Positions 40,217 to 50,714 are shown, numbered from the stretch's first letter. The stretch: 64,000 nt of DNA from Candidatus Adlerbacteria bacterium (GCA_963749085.1 CAVVLG010000002.1:19178-83177); one strand, 5' to 3'. The notes: generated from the sequence alone by a model not told the origin. Translations and numbers: made by a program.

Positions 40217-41037
40217 TAGTAGGAGGGCCGACGAGTCCAGCGATAGGTTTTATAGAGTAGGTACAAGACCACAATGACTAGCACTGGGTAAAAAACGGCA
40301 GCGTTGTTGATGATGTAGAGCAGGATCGTCAGCGCATACACGTACACGGTCCACAGCACGAACCAAAACTCGCCCCACGGATTAGTGACAGTCGGGTTTT
40401 GCGTCTCAGCACCTTCGACGATGCCCGGTTGGGCGGTACTTGAAAGCTTTTGCTCGGCGTTCGTTAGTTGATTACTAAGCGCGTTTGCGGCATCTGAACG
40501 CAAACCATCGATGACCGCAAAGGCTGGCTCGGCTGCTTGGGCTGCCTGTGGTGAAACATTCGAGATATCCTGATCGATTTGCTGGGAGGATTCGACGGCC
40601 GCTGTATTCGAATCGGAAGTGCCTTGTCCGACAGGTTGCGGCGGAGGGTTAACGGTAAAAATTTGTGATTCTTTTTCGACTACGTTGTCGGCATTGTCTT
40701 CAATTTCGGCGGTTATGGTATGGGCACCTGCGAGAGGTATCCATGATATGGAAACAGTTTGTGCATCGCCGGCCGCGAGCGTTATCGCGACGCTGCCCAG
40801 CTGTGTGATGCCGTCTTCAAACAGCACACGACCGACAAATTGGCTGGTTTCTTCGTTTGATACGGTCGAATATATATGCACTGTATCTCCCTGGGTCACG
40901 GAGTTTTCTGAGAGAAATAAGGTTGATGGTGCAAACGCTGCTGCATATGCAAGCGACGGCAAGCATACAAGCGTGGCGAGAATAAATACCTTTTTCACAC
41001 TGCCCAGTATATCCCATAGTTCTAAGATCGTTGGCAA
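40213..41037 (-). CDS. Secreted protein with a C-terminal TM anchor, unknown function
   Basis: Signal peptide, a beta-rich Ig-like region, a Q/A-rich linker and a C-terminal hydrophobic helix. Confidence 0.4.
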   Translation of the reverse strand: MPTILELWDILGSVKKVFILATLVCLPSLAYAAAFAPSTLFLSENSVTQGDTVHIYSTVSNEETSQFVGRVLFEDGITQLGSVAITLAAGDAQTVSISWIPLAGAHTITAEIEDNADNVVEKESQIFTVNPPPQPVGQGTSDSNTAAVESSQQIDQDISNVSPQAAQAAEPAFAVIDGLRSDAANALSNQLTNAEQKLSSTAQPGIVEGAETQNPTVTNPWGEFWFVLWTVYVYALTILLYIINNAAVFYPVLVIVVLYLLYKTYRWTRRPSYY

Positions 41038-41125
41038 GGGGAGTGGAAAAATCTTTTAGTACTCGATCGTTCACGTATGGATAGTTTGTGCCTAGGGGAC
41101 ACGTTTCCCATGCTAGACTTTTTAT

Positions 41126-42049
41126 ATGTCGCTTTTTGAGCGCATCGGTAATTCTGTTCACCGGCATTTCGTGCCCTCTCCTGATAATGGCTATCGCCCG
41201 CATCTCCTGCGCCGACCGTGGCTCCTTTTCTTTCTCGCTGTTACCCTTGCGACTGAAGGATTTTTGGTAGCCAACTTGATAGCGCGGGAATCCAACCAGA
41301 CTTTTTTGGCGGCGGTGGTACCCGCGGAAATTATTGCGCTCACCAACCAGGCACGCGCGCAAAATGGTGTCGGTCAATTGACGAATAACGCTGAACTCGA
41401 TGCCGCCGCGCAGGCCAAGGCCGAAGACATGGCTTCAAAGGGTTATTTCTCACATATTAGTCCGGATGGCGAAACGCCGTGGCAGTGGATTACGAATGCT
41501 GGCTATCAATACCAATACGCAGGCGAGAATTTAGCTGTGCGTTTTATCAACTCCTCCGACGTGGTGAACGCATGGATGGCGTCGCCGACTCACCGTGCCA
41601 ATATCGTAAAACCCGTCTATACCGACATCGGGGTCGGCGCCGCAGAAGGGAACTATGAGGGGCAGCCTGCCACGTATGTTGTCCAATATTTCGGGACCCC
41701 AGTCTCATCATCCTCCGGAGCGGCGGCAATTACGGCCCCACCCATTTTCTCGGCGCTGAGCCAGGGAAGTTCATTCACTCAGTCGTTGGCGCGCCAACTT
41801 ATCCGAGCCCTCGCTGATCCCCAGCTCGTCAGCAATTGGATACTCTTGACGCTTGGCGTCATTCTTATAGTTGTCTTGTGTCTAACCTTCTTTGTGCATT
41901 TACAAGTGCAACCCGCAACTATGCTTATTGGGGGCGCAGTAGTAGCGTTTTTCGCACTTTCGTTCCTTGCACTCAATATATTCCTTGCCGATGGTTCTAC
42001 GCCCCAAATAAATCAAGCCGCAAGTATCGGATACGCCCTGTTTCCTTAA
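41126..42049 (+). CDS. CAP (SCP/PR-1-like) domain membrane protein
   Basis: ...NQARAQNGVGQLTNNAELDAAAQAKAEDMASKGYFSHISPDGETPWQWI...HRANIV... is the CAP signature. Flanked by N- and C-terminal TM helices. Confidence 0.7.
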   Translation: MSLFERIGNSVHRHFVPSPDNGYRPHLLRRPWLLFFLAVTLATEGFLVANLIARESNQTFLAAVVPAEIIALTNQARAQNGVGQLTNNAELDAAAQAKAEDMASKGYFSHISPDGETPWQWITNAGYQYQYAGENLAVRFINSSDVVNAWMASPTHRANIVKPVYTDIGVGAAEGNYEGQPATYVVQYFGTPVSSSSGAAAITAPPIFSALSQGSSFTQSLARQLIRALADPQLVSNWILLTLGVILIVVLCLTFFVHLQVQPATMLIGGAVVAFFALSFLALNIFLADGSTPQINQAASIGYALFP

Positions 42050-42594
42050 GAGGATTTCTTTTTTGGGGGGTCCACAAACGCGGCCCAACGATTAGTGTGT
42101 GTAAAAAGAAGCCCCTTCCAACGCTCTCTAAATTCTTTCAAGGGCAGCGTAATTCGTTTTTTCGATTCTGCGGGGTCAAGAAGAGTAATAGAATGTTTCG
42201 AAACGGCGAGCACTATTGCATAGTGATCCCAGTCCCAATGGCGCTCGGTGTAACAAACGATAACGACAAGATCCTTGGTAAGCGCTTTTGTAATGTGTGA
42301 GATAGTTTGGCGCTCAGCGCTGCGAGCGGTAAATCCATAATGGACAAGAGCACGTAGTAATCCTTTTGTGCTAGTGCCTGCTTTGGTCGTGGTCTTGGTA
42401 TAGGCTGCGATTTCTTTTTGCGTTTTTCGTATGCCTTGCGAACTCAATAACATTTGTATGACGGCTGGGCCACAATAGTAATCGGTTGTCTGGCGGGCAT
42501 GAGGGATATTCACGAGCTCAGTATACGAATAATCTGCGCGGGGATAAAGGACTTGCCCACACCTTTCGGCAGCGGTACTCTTCAGATATGTCAA
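42046..42594 (-). CDS. Papain-fold C39-like cysteine peptidase domain protein
   Basis: YYCGPAVIQMLL is the catalytic-Cys context. ...WDWDHYAIVLAV is the His region. These are arranged as in Peptidase_C39_2. Confidence 0.5.
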   Translation of the reverse strand: MTYLKSTAAERCGQVLYPRADYSYTELVNIPHARQTTDYYCGPAVIQMLLSSQGIRKTQKEIAAYTKTTTKAGTSTKGLLRALVHYGFTARSAERQTISHITKALTKDLVVIVCYTERHWDWDHYAIVLAVSKHSITLLDPAESKKRITLPLKEFRERWKGLLFTHTNRWAAFVDPPKKKSS

Positions 42595-43094
42595 AGAGAC
42601 AACTCACGCTCGGTATTGCGGTCACGGCGGCGCTCGCAGTCGTCGTCCTTTTCTTTATTTTTAATCCATTTACTATGGGCAGTTCATCTTTGAATCCAGC
42701 AGCCACTTCAGCAGCCTCACCACAAAGTACGTCTTCTTCGGGTCTCGTTGTACAGGATGAGACCATCGGTACCGGTGCGGTCGCAGAGCCCGGGGATGTC
42801 TTGACGGTCAATTACACCGGAACGCTCCAAGATGGCACTGTTTTTGATACCTCAGTGGGCAAAACTCCCTTCCAATTTACTCTCGGCGCCGGTGAAGTTA
42901 TACCCGGTTGGGACGAAGGGCTTGTAGGGATGCAAGTGGGTGGCCAACGCATCCTCATTATTCCGCCCAATTTGGCCTACGGCGCGCAAGGGGAGGGACC
43001 CATACCCCCAAACGCAACGCTCACCTTTGAAATAAATCTCTTAAGCGTAACGACGCCGACCACTGCGCCGGCTTCGGGCACAAGCGGGCAATAA
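42588..43094 (+). CDS. FKBP-type peptidyl-prolyl cis-trans isomerase (membrane-anchored)
   Basis: ...DVLTVNYTGTLQDGTVFDTS....PFQFTLGAGEVIPGWDEGLVGMQVGGQRILIIPPNLAYG... are canonical FKBP motifs. Confidence 0.85.
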   Translation: MSKRQLTLGIAVTAALAVVVLFFIFNPFTMGSSSLNPAATSAASPQSTSSSGLVVQDETIGTGAVAEPGDVLTVNYTGTLQDGTVFDTSVGKTPFQFTLGAGEVIPGWDEGLVGMQVGGQRILIIPPNLAYGAQGEGPIPPNATLTFEINLLSVTTPTTAPASGTSGQ

Positions 43095-43226
43095 AAGTAA
43101 AATTAAGGAAGAGGCGCGCGAACAAGAACGTGTCAGCTTCGTCGGCTGAACTGCCACTCGCTTTGTGTCTAGAGTACCGCTTCCGCGGGATGCGGGAGAG
43201 GCTTATTTTTTATATAGTTTACTTTC

Positions 43227-44444
43227 ATGCGTCCGATTTCGTTTTCTATAGATGTAGAAGGTCTGGGCCTCGCTCGTGCGGGTATCATCAAAACGCCGCA
43301 TGGCGATATTGAGACGCCTGCGTTCGTAGCCGTCGCAACTAAAGCGGATGTCAAAGGCATCTCGGCGCTTCAATTTAAAGATGTTGGAATTCAGACGGTT
43401 ATTGCCAATACCTATCACCTCTACCTATCACCTGGTGAGGATCTAATAGATAAAGCAGGCGGAGTGGGGAAGTTCATGGGATTTGAGGGACCCACCATGA
43501 CTGACTCGGGCGGATTCCAAGTGTTTTCTCTGGGAGAAGGATTCGGGAAGAAACTTTCCAAAGTTCTCCCTGAGCAGGCATCATCCGAAGAAGCCGTGGC
43601 GGTTTTTGACGAAGAGCTAGCGACCAGCCACGGCAAATTAGCCGTCGTCGATGAAGAGGGAGTTTCATTCACTTCCCATATCGATGGATCACTCCATCGC
43701 TTTACTCCTGAGCGCTCAATTGAAATCCAACACAAACTCGGTGCAGATATTATCTACGCGTTTGACGAGTGTACCTCGCCTGCGGCTGAGTATGGCTACC
43801 AAAAAGAGGCGATGGACAGGACGCATAGATGGGCTGAGCGCAGTCTGAAGGCACATCGCCAGAACGTGCAGAAAAATAACGAGCAAGGTATCTATGGCAT
43901 CGTGCAGGGAGGCCGGTATGAGGACTTGCGTATTGAGAGCGCCAAGACCGTCGCCAATATGGACTTCGACGGCTATGGCATCGGCGGTTCCTTCAGCAAG
44001 CGCGATATTTTAGGAATACTTGATGCGGTAAATCGAGCACTGCCAAAGGAAAAACCCCGACATCTATTAGGCATCGGCGAGCCCGAGGATATGTTTATTG
44101 GTGTCGCAAGCGGGATAGATACCTTTGATTGTGTGTTGCCGACCAGAAATGGCAGGACGGGCGGCATTTACACCACACAGGGGAAAATTCAAATTCCTAA
44201 TGCTGAATTTCAAGAGGATTTCGGGAAACTCGATGAAGACTGTGAATGTCCCACCTGTCATAACCACACTCGAGCCTATGTGCACCATCTTTTCCGCACC
44301 CATGAGATGCTGGGCCCCGTACTCGCAAGCGCTCACAATATTTACTTTTTAACGCATTTGTGCGAACAAATTCGCAGCGCTCTTTTGAACGGAGATTTTG
44401 ATCAGTACAGAGATTCATTTTTATCTGCCTACAAAATGAGTTAG
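43227..44444 (+). CDS. tgt: Queuine tRNA-ribosyltransferase
   Basis: ...DSGGFQVFSL.... Zn site CECPTCHNHTRAYVHHLF. Confidence 0.85.
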   Translation: MRPISFSIDVEGLGLARAGIIKTPHGDIETPAFVAVATKADVKGISALQFKDVGIQTVIANTYHLYLSPGEDLIDKAGGVGKFMGFEGPTMTDSGGFQVFSLGEGFGKKLSKVLPEQASSEEAVAVFDEELATSHGKLAVVDEEGVSFTSHIDGSLHRFTPERSIEIQHKLGADIIYAFDECTSPAAEYGYQKEAMDRTHRWAERSLKAHRQNVQKNNEQGIYGIVQGGRYEDLRIESAKTVANMDFDGYGIGGSFSKRDILGILDAVNRALPKEKPRHLLGIGEPEDMFIGVASGIDTFDCVLPTRNGRTGGIYTTQGKIQIPNAEFQEDFGKLDEDCECPTCHNHTRAYVHHLFRTHEMLGPVLASAHNIYFLTHLCEQIRSALLNGDFDQYRDSFLSAYKMS

Positions 44445-44456
44445 AGTGTGCACGTG

Positions 44457-46475
44457 ATGTTCAAGATTAAATCACCATATAAGCCTGCCGGTGACCAACC
44501 CAAGGCCATTGAAGCGCTTGTGAAAGGCCTGAGCGTTGGGGAGCGACATCAAACCTTACTTGGCGTCACCGGCTCAGGTAAGACGTTCACTATCGCCAAT
44601 GTCATTGAGGCGGTACAAAAGCCTACCCTTGTCATTGCGCACAACAAAACGCTTGCCGCGCAGCTGGCGCAGGAGTACCGCGAATTTTTCCCGGACAACG
44701 CGGTGCATTATTTCGTTTCCTATTACGATTACTACCAACCAGAGGCGTATATTCCGACGAGCGACACCTATATCGAGAAGGAGGCGCAGATAAACGAGGA
44801 AATAGATCGGCTGCGCCACGCATCCACCCAGGCGCTTTTGACCCGCAAGGACGTCATTATTGTCGCCTCGGTTTCCTGCATCTATGCGCTCGGCTCACCC
44901 GAGGAATACCGCAAAGTGCATCTGGAGCTCAAGACGGGAGTCAAGAAAAATCGCGCAGAGCTTATCCGTGAATTAATACAGCTGTATTTTGAGCGCACAA
45001 CCGCAGATCTCATCCCGGGAAAGTTCCGCGCACTCGGCAATTCAGTTGAAATAATGCCGACCGGCGAGCGCGTGATCTACCGCGTCGAATTTGAAGGAGA
45101 CCTAATAGCTCGCGTGCGCGTTATTGATGCCATAACTCGCGCGGAAAAAAAGCCTCAAGTGTCCTTGTTTCTGTTTCCTGCCAAGCACTACGTCACTCCT
45201 GAGGATGAGCGCGCCCGGGCCATTGAAGATATCAAACAGGAGCTCAAAGAGCAGCTCTCAAAATTCGAGCGAGCGGGCAAAGTGCTTGAAGCGGAGCGGC
45301 TCAAGCGCCGCACGAATCACGATTTGGCTCTTATTCGTGAAATCGGCTACTGCAACGGCATAGAGAATTATTCGCGCCACTTCGACGGCCGTAAACCCGG
45401 ACAGCCCCCGTATTCGCTCCTTGAATATTTTCCACATACCAAAGACGGAAAGCCGGATTTCTTGACCGTCATTGACGAGTCGCATGTGACGGTGCCCCAA
45501 ATAGGGGGGATGTACGAGGGGGACCGCGCGCGCAAGCAAAATCTCATAGAATTTGGCTTCCGTCTCCCGAGCGCCATAGACAACCGCCCGCTCCAGTTTG
45601 AAGAGTTTGAGGAACGTATTGCGCAGACTATATACACCTCGGCAACGCCCGGGCGATTTGAAAAAGAAAAGAGCGGCGCCCAGGTGGTCGAGCAAATAAT
45701 CCGTCCGACCGGCTTGGTTGATCCTGAGATTATCGTGCGGCCTGTCACGGGGAAGGGCATCCAAAAAGGCCAAATTCAGGATTTTTTGGAAGAAGCGGAG
45801 CAGGTCATACAGAAAGGCGCGCGGGTGATGGTTACGACGCTCACCAAAAAAATGGCCGAGGATCTTGCCGAGTATTTGAAAGACAGGGAGATAAAGGCGG
45901 CCTATTTGCACAGCGACATCGAGACCCTCGAGCGCATCACTACTCTTACTAGCCTTCGTAAGGGGGAATTTGACGTGCTGGTAGGAGTCAATCTCCTGAG
46001 GGAGGGACTAGATTTGCCCGAGGTAGAGCTGGTGGCGATTCTCGATGCCGACAAAGAAGGGTTTTTGCGCTCCGAGACCTCGCTTATTCAAACGATTGGA
46101 CGCGCCGCTCGCAACGTAGGTGGCCGCGTTATCCTCTATGCCGATCAAGAGACTGAGTCGCTCAAAAAAGCGGTAGATGAGACCAACCGCCGCCGCGCGG
46201 TACAGGTTGCCTATAACAAAAAGCACGGCATTACGCCGCAGACTATTAAAAAGGCTATCAAGGACATTACTGAGGAACTTAGAAGCGAACATGGCAAAGC
46301 GGTCAATGAGATGCTTTTGATAGAGCGGGATGAGTATAAAAAGAATCCGCGCCAGTTTATTGCCCAAAAAAGGCGAGATATGGCCGAAGCGGTGAAGGAT
46401 TTGGATTTCGAAACCGCCGCTCTTCTGCGAGACGAAATCTACGCCCTCACCGGTGAAGGGAAAAAAAAGAAATAA
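44457..46475 (+). CDS. uvrB: Excinuclease ABC subunit B
   Basis: MFKIKSPYKPAGDQPKAIEALVKGL...GVTGSGKTFTIANVI. C-terminal UVR domain LDFETAALLRDEIYAL. Confidence 0.9.
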   Translation: MFKIKSPYKPAGDQPKAIEALVKGLSVGERHQTLLGVTGSGKTFTIANVIEAVQKPTLVIAHNKTLAAQLAQEYREFFPDNAVHYFVSYYDYYQPEAYIPTSDTYIEKEAQINEEIDRLRHASTQALLTRKDVIIVASVSCIYALGSPEEYRKVHLELKTGVKKNRAELIRELIQLYFERTTADLIPGKFRALGNSVEIMPTGERVIYRVEFEGDLIARVRVIDAITRAEKKPQVSLFLFPAKHYVTPEDERARAIEDIKQELKEQLSKFERAGKVLEAERLKRRTNHDLALIREIGYCNGIENYSRHFDGRKPGQPPYSLLEYFPHTKDGKPDFLTVIDESHVTVPQIGGMYEGDRARKQNLIEFGFRLPSAIDNRPLQFEEFEERIAQTIYTSATPGRFEKEKSGAQVVEQIIRPTGLVDPEIIVRPVTGKGIQKGQIQDFLEEAEQVIQKGARVMVTTLTKKMAEDLAEYLKDREIKAAYLHSDIETLERITTLTSLRKGEFDVLVGVNLLREGLDLPEVELVAILDADKEGFLRSETSLIQTIGRAARNVGGRVILYADQETESLKKAVDETNRRRAVQVAYNKKHGITPQTIKKAIKDITEELRSEHGKAVNEMLLIERDEYKKNPRQFIAQKRRDMAEAVKDLDFETAALLRDEIYALTGEGKKKK

Positions 46476-46553
46476 TACCCATAACGGTCAGTCTGTGATA
46501 TACTACTCCATATCAACCCCCCGGAGCATCCGAGGGGCGAGTTTCGTATCTAT

Positions 46554-49136
46554 ATGGAAGACCATATCAACATAAAAGGCGCGAAGACGCACAATTTGAA
46601 GAATATTTCACTGTCTATTCCGCGCAATAAGATGATTGTATTCACCGGCCTCTCAGGTTCGGGGAAGTCTTCGTTGGCGTTCGACACTATTTTTGCCGAA
46701 GGACAACGTCGCTATATTGAAAGCCTCTCGGCATATGCCCGACAGTTCCTGCGCCAGATGCAGAAGCCTGATGTGGAGGAGATAACTGGGCTTTCCCCGG
46801 CCATTTCGATAGATCAAAAGTCGCGCTCCAACAACCCACGTTCAACCGTAGCAACCATTACCGAAATTTACGACTATTTGCGCATACTCTATGCACGCGT
46901 GGGGAAGCCCCACTGCCTCATCTGCGGTCGGGAAATAAAGAAACATTCCAATGAAGAAATAATCCAAAGCGTCATAGAAAGTATCTCCTCGCACGTGCCG
47001 AAGAAAACGCGCAAAGTTATGGGTGTTGAGATTAGCGAAGACGTTGTGCGCATCTTCGCGCCGGTCGTTGTGGGTCGCAAAGGCGAATACTATCAACTTT
47101 TGTACGACCTCCTTGGCAAGGGGTTTGAAAAAGCAAAGATTGACGGCAAACTTGTGAGTTTGCGCGACCGTGTCGAGTTGGCGCGGCACAAAAAGCACGA
47201 TATTGACGCGTTGGTAGATGAGATTCTGATTTCCGATTTCGTGAAAGAGAAAAAAGCAAGCGCAGTAGAGCGGCTTTCTGAGGCGGTAGAACGTGCACTT
47301 GAGGAGGCGGACGGGCTGGTAAAGGTCGAGGAGGTGGGGGGAACGCGTCTCATTTCGGCGAAATTCATGTGCCCCTATGACGGATTCTCATTTCCCGAAG
47401 TCGAGCCACGGCTCTTTTCTTTTAATTCGCCCTACGGGGCATGTCCCTCGTGCAACGGCCTTGGTACCAAGCATTTTTGGACCGACGAGCCGTGCCCCGT
47501 GTGCCACGGCAAGCGTTTGCGCCCAGAAGCCCTGAACGTATTTTTGGGAGAGAAAAAAAATATCGTGGATATTACGAACCAATCCATTCGCAACGCGTAT
47601 GATTTTTTTAAAAAACTAGAACTCAGTAAAAAAGATCAAGAGATATCAAAAACTGTAGTTAAGGAGATACTGGCACGGCTGAAGTTCATGCTTGATGTGG
47701 GGCTTGACTACCTCACGCTTGACCGTCGCGCCAATACCTTAAGTGGTGGGGAAGCGCAGCGCATTCGCCTTGCCTCGCAGCTTGGTTCCGGCCTCGTAGG
47801 GGCGTTGTATGTGCTCGATGAACCCACCATAGGGCTTCACCAGCGCGACAACGAACGGCTTATCTCGACCCTCATCAATTTGCGCGATCTCGGCAACACC
47901 ATCATCGTCGTCGAGCACGATGAAGACACTATCTACTCGGGCGACTATCTGGTTGATATTGGCCCGGGCGCGGGAGTCCACGGTGGACATATTGTCGCTG
48001 CCGATTATTTAGACAAGCTACTTACTGCCAAGAAGAATGACTCCGGCTCCATTACGCTCTCGTATCTGCGCGGGGAGAAAGCAATTGCCGTGCCTGAGAG
48101 CCGGCGCGAAAAGGACAAGGGAAAGCTTGAGATCAAAGGAGGGAAGGCCTTTAATATCGACAATCTCTCGGCTGAGATACCGCTCGGGCGCCTGATTGCT
48201 ATAACTGGTGTTTCGGGCTCCGGCAAATCGACTTTTTTGTACGAGATTTTGTACGAAAATTTGAAGATCCGTTTCGACAAGCGCTACCGTTCAAACAAAA
48301 CGCTCAACGCCTCGGTGTTTAAAGGAACGGAGCATCTCTCCCGTGCCATTTTGATAGATCAGAGCGCCATAGGACGCACGCCACGCAGCAATCCCGCCAC
48401 CTATACTGGCGCCTTTACCTTTATTCGCGAACTTTTCGCGGAGACGGGCGAAGCCCGGGCACGCGGATGGAAAGCATCGCGCTTCTCCTTCAACGTTCCG
48501 CAGGCGCGATCGGGCGGCCGCTGCGAAACCTGCGAGGGCAATGGCACTATCGCGGTTGAAATGCATTTTTTGCCGACGGTGTATGTCACCTGCGACGTAT
48601 GCAACGGCAAGCGGTTCATGAAAGAGACGCTCGAGGTGAAGTACAAGAAGAAGAATATCTATGACGTGTTGACCATGACTATTGAAGAGGCCCTCGAATT
48701 CTTCGGCGATATTCCCGCCATTTATGACCGGCTGAAGACCTTGGATGAAGTTGGCTTAGGTTATCTTGAGCTCGGGCAATCCGCAACGACACTTTCAGGC
48801 GGGGAGGCCCAGCGCGTCAAAATATCCGCGGAGCTATACCGCCCCCATATCCAAAAGACCATATATCTTCTGGATGAGCCGACCGTGGGCCTCCATTATG
48901 AAGATGTGCAAAAACTTATTGATATTCTCAACAGGCTGGTTTCAGCGGGGAACACCGTGGTACTCATTGAACACAATATGGACATTATAAAGAATGCCGA
49001 TTACGTTCTTGATTTCGGTCCTGAAGGTGGAGTCGGCGGCGGCAAACTCGTGGCCAAGGGAACACCAGAGGAGGTGGCAAATAATAAATACTCTCATACC
49101 GGTAAATATCTGAGACGTGTGCTGAAGGGCAAATAA
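46554..49136 (+). CDS. uvrA: Excinuclease ABC subunit A (860 aa, compact)
   Basis: Two ABC modules: GLSGSGKSSLAFDTIFAEGQRRY and GVSGSGKSTFLYEILY. Zn-finger Cys clusters CPSCNGLG and CETCEGNG. Confidence 0.9.
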   Translation: MEDHINIKGAKTHNLKNISLSIPRNKMIVFTGLSGSGKSSLAFDTIFAEGQRRYIESLSAYARQFLRQMQKPDVEEITGLSPAISIDQKSRSNNPRSTVATITEIYDYLRILYARVGKPHCLICGREIKKHSNEEIIQSVIESISSHVPKKTRKVMGVEISEDVVRIFAPVVVGRKGEYYQLLYDLLGKGFEKAKIDGKLVSLRDRVELARHKKHDIDALVDEILISDFVKEKKASAVERLSEAVERALEEADGLVKVEEVGGTRLISAKFMCPYDGFSFPEVEPRLFSFNSPYGACPSCNGLGTKHFWTDEPCPVCHGKRLRPEALNVFLGEKKNIVDITNQSIRNAYDFFKKLELSKKDQEISKTVVKEILARLKFMLDVGLDYLTLDRRANTLSGGEAQRIRLASQLGSGLVGALYVLDEPTIGLHQRDNERLISTLINLRDLGNTIIVVEHDEDTIYSGDYLVDIGPGAGVHGGHIVAADYLDKLLTAKKNDSGSITLSYLRGEKAIAVPESRREKDKGKLEIKGGKAFNIDNLSAEIPLGRLIAITGVSGSGKSTFLYEILYENLKIRFDKRYRSNKTLNASVFKGTEHLSRAILIDQSAIGRTPRSNPATYTGAFTFIRELFAETGEARARGWKASRFSFNVPQARSGGRCETCEGNGTIAVEMHFLPTVYVTCDVCNGKRFMKETLEVKYKKKNIYDVLTMTIEEALEFFGDIPAIYDRLKTLDEVGLGYLELGQSATTLSGGEAQRVKISAELYRPHIQKTIYLLDEPTVGLHYEDVQKLIDILNRLVSAGNTVVLIEHNMDIIKNADYVLDFGPEGGVGGGKLVAKGTPEEVANNKYSHTGKYLRRVLKGK

Positions 49137-49159
49137 AAAGGCCGGAGCATGCTCCGGCC
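49133..49159. terminator. Hairpin terminator between uvrA and the convergent small ORF
   Basis: GGCCGGAGCATGCTCCGGCC perfect hairpin. The A-run on the plus side gives a T-run on the minus strand. Confidence 0.55.
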
Positions 49160-49182
49160 CTGATAGTGCTGCCGTGGGCAGG

Positions 49183-49422
49183 TCACCTGGATTTTTTAGC
49201 CCCTCGCTTTTGACCGGCAGATTTCGAATCTGATTTGGTATTGAGTGAAACCTTGGACCCAGGAGTCGAAAGACCAATAATCATTCTGGCGAGCAAGCTC
49301 AGCGGACTTTTCTTCAGATCTTCGAAGATCTGCTCGCGATTCTTGATACTAAGCTGATCGATGTGCTCCGCAAGGTAGTGGGCCATCGCGGTCCGTACTT
49401 TTTCGGAAGAGTCCTTATTCAT
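49183..49422 (-). CDS. Hypothetical small basic protein
   Basis: ORF only. Confidence 0.3.
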   Translation of the reverse strand: MNKDSSEKVRTAMAHYLAEHIDQLSIKNREQIFEDLKKSPLSLLARMIIGLSTPGSKVSLNTKSDSKSAGQKRGAKKSR

Positions 49423-49448
49423 CGGGTACTCCTTCTTGAAGAACTGTA

Positions 49449-50714
49449 TTGAACATATATCATTATTTGGTTATAATGTCAAATATGACACTTGAGCAAT
49501 TCAAGAAAAAAGCAACTAAGATGCCCGATTCACCAGGGGTCTATTTCTTCTTGGATAAACGCAAAAAAGTTCTTTATATAGGCAAGGCAACTTCTTTGCG
49601 CGACCGCGTACGCAGTTATTTTTCCTCTGATTTAGCCCAGACACGCGGACCCATCATCGTGAAGATGATAGAGCAGGCGAGCGGGTTGGATTGGAGACAG
49701 ACCGACTCGGTACTTGAGGCGCTCTTGCTCGAGGCAAATCTCATCAAGACCTACAAACCCAAAGCCAATACCGATCTTAAGGACGATAAGAGTTTCAATT
49801 ACGTCGTTATAACAAAGGAAGATTTTCCTCGCGTCCTCTTGGTCCGTGGCAAGAACCTTGAGACGGAATTTCCTCCGAATAAAAGATTGCATACGTTCGG
49901 TCCCTTTCCGCACGGGCTCCAGCTGAAGGAGGCTATGCGCATCATCCGCAAAATCTTTCCGTACCGCGACACCTGTACGCCGCATTCAGGAAGGCGCTGC
50001 TTCAACGCGCAGATAGGGCTGTGCCCCGGCGTGTGTTCGGGAGAGATCCCCAGAACGGAATATCGGGACATCATCCGTCGCATCACGCTGCTTTTTCAGG
50101 GAAGGAAGCGGAAGCTCTTGCGTCAGCTGGAACAAGACATGAAGAAACTTGCGAAAGAAGAGCGCTTTGAGGAAGCCAGCCGGTTACGCAAACAGCTTTT
50201 CGCGCTCACGCACATTCAAGACGTGTCTCTTATTAAGGATGAATACCGTTCAATGTCATTCACGGGGGGTCACAATAACCGAATCGAAGCCTATGATGCA
50301 GCGCATCTGCGCGGCTCGGCTGCGGTGGGGGTCATGGTGGTTATCGATGACGGACAGGCGCAAAAAGGAGACTATCGCAAATTTAATATCCGCGCGGCCG
50401 CCTCCGGCGACGATGCCGGAGCACTCAGAGAAGTTCTCTCCCGCAGGCTTGGCCATTCCGAATGGCCTCTTCCTCGTCTTATTATCGTTGATGGCGCCGT
50501 ACAGCAAATTAACGCGGCGCAGAAAGTGCTTCGCGAAGCCGGAATAACTATACCGGTCATAGGTGTCGTCAAGGATAAAAAACACCGCCCCCGCGGTATT
50601 CGCGGGGATAAGGTACTTATCGCAGGCCGTGAGCGCGATATATTACTTGCGAATGCCGAGGCGCATCGCTTTGCCATTAGTTTTCATCGCCGGAAACTAC
50701 GGCAGGAGATGTAG
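49449..50714 (+). CDS. uvrC: Excinuclease ABC subunit C-like (GIY-YIG, UVR and RNase-H-like endonuclease domains; lacks the C-terminal (HhH)2 domain)
   Basis: GIY-YIG: SPGVYFFLDKRKKVLYIGKATSLRDRVRSYF. Cys region CFNAQIGLCPGVCSG. UVR motif EERFEEASRLRKQL. Endonuclease region IEAYDAAHLRGSAAVGVMVV...YRKFNI. The ORF ends at 421 aa. Confidence 0.7.
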   Translation: MNIYHYLVIMSNMTLEQFKKKATKMPDSPGVYFFLDKRKKVLYIGKATSLRDRVRSYFSSDLAQTRGPIIVKMIEQASGLDWRQTDSVLEALLLEANLIKTYKPKANTDLKDDKSFNYVVITKEDFPRVLLVRGKNLETEFPPNKRLHTFGPFPHGLQLKEAMRIIRKIFPYRDTCTPHSGRRCFNAQIGLCPGVCSGEIPRTEYRDIIRRITLLFQGRKRKLLRQLEQDMKKLAKEERFEEASRLRKQLFALTHIQDVSLIKDEYRSMSFTGGHNNRIEAYDAAHLRGSAAVGVMVVIDDGQAQKGDYRKFNIRAAASGDDAGALREVLSRRLGHSEWPLPRLIIVDGAVQQINAAQKVLREAGITIPVIGVVKDKKHRPRGIRGDKVLIAGRERDILLANAEAHRFAISFHRRKLRQEM

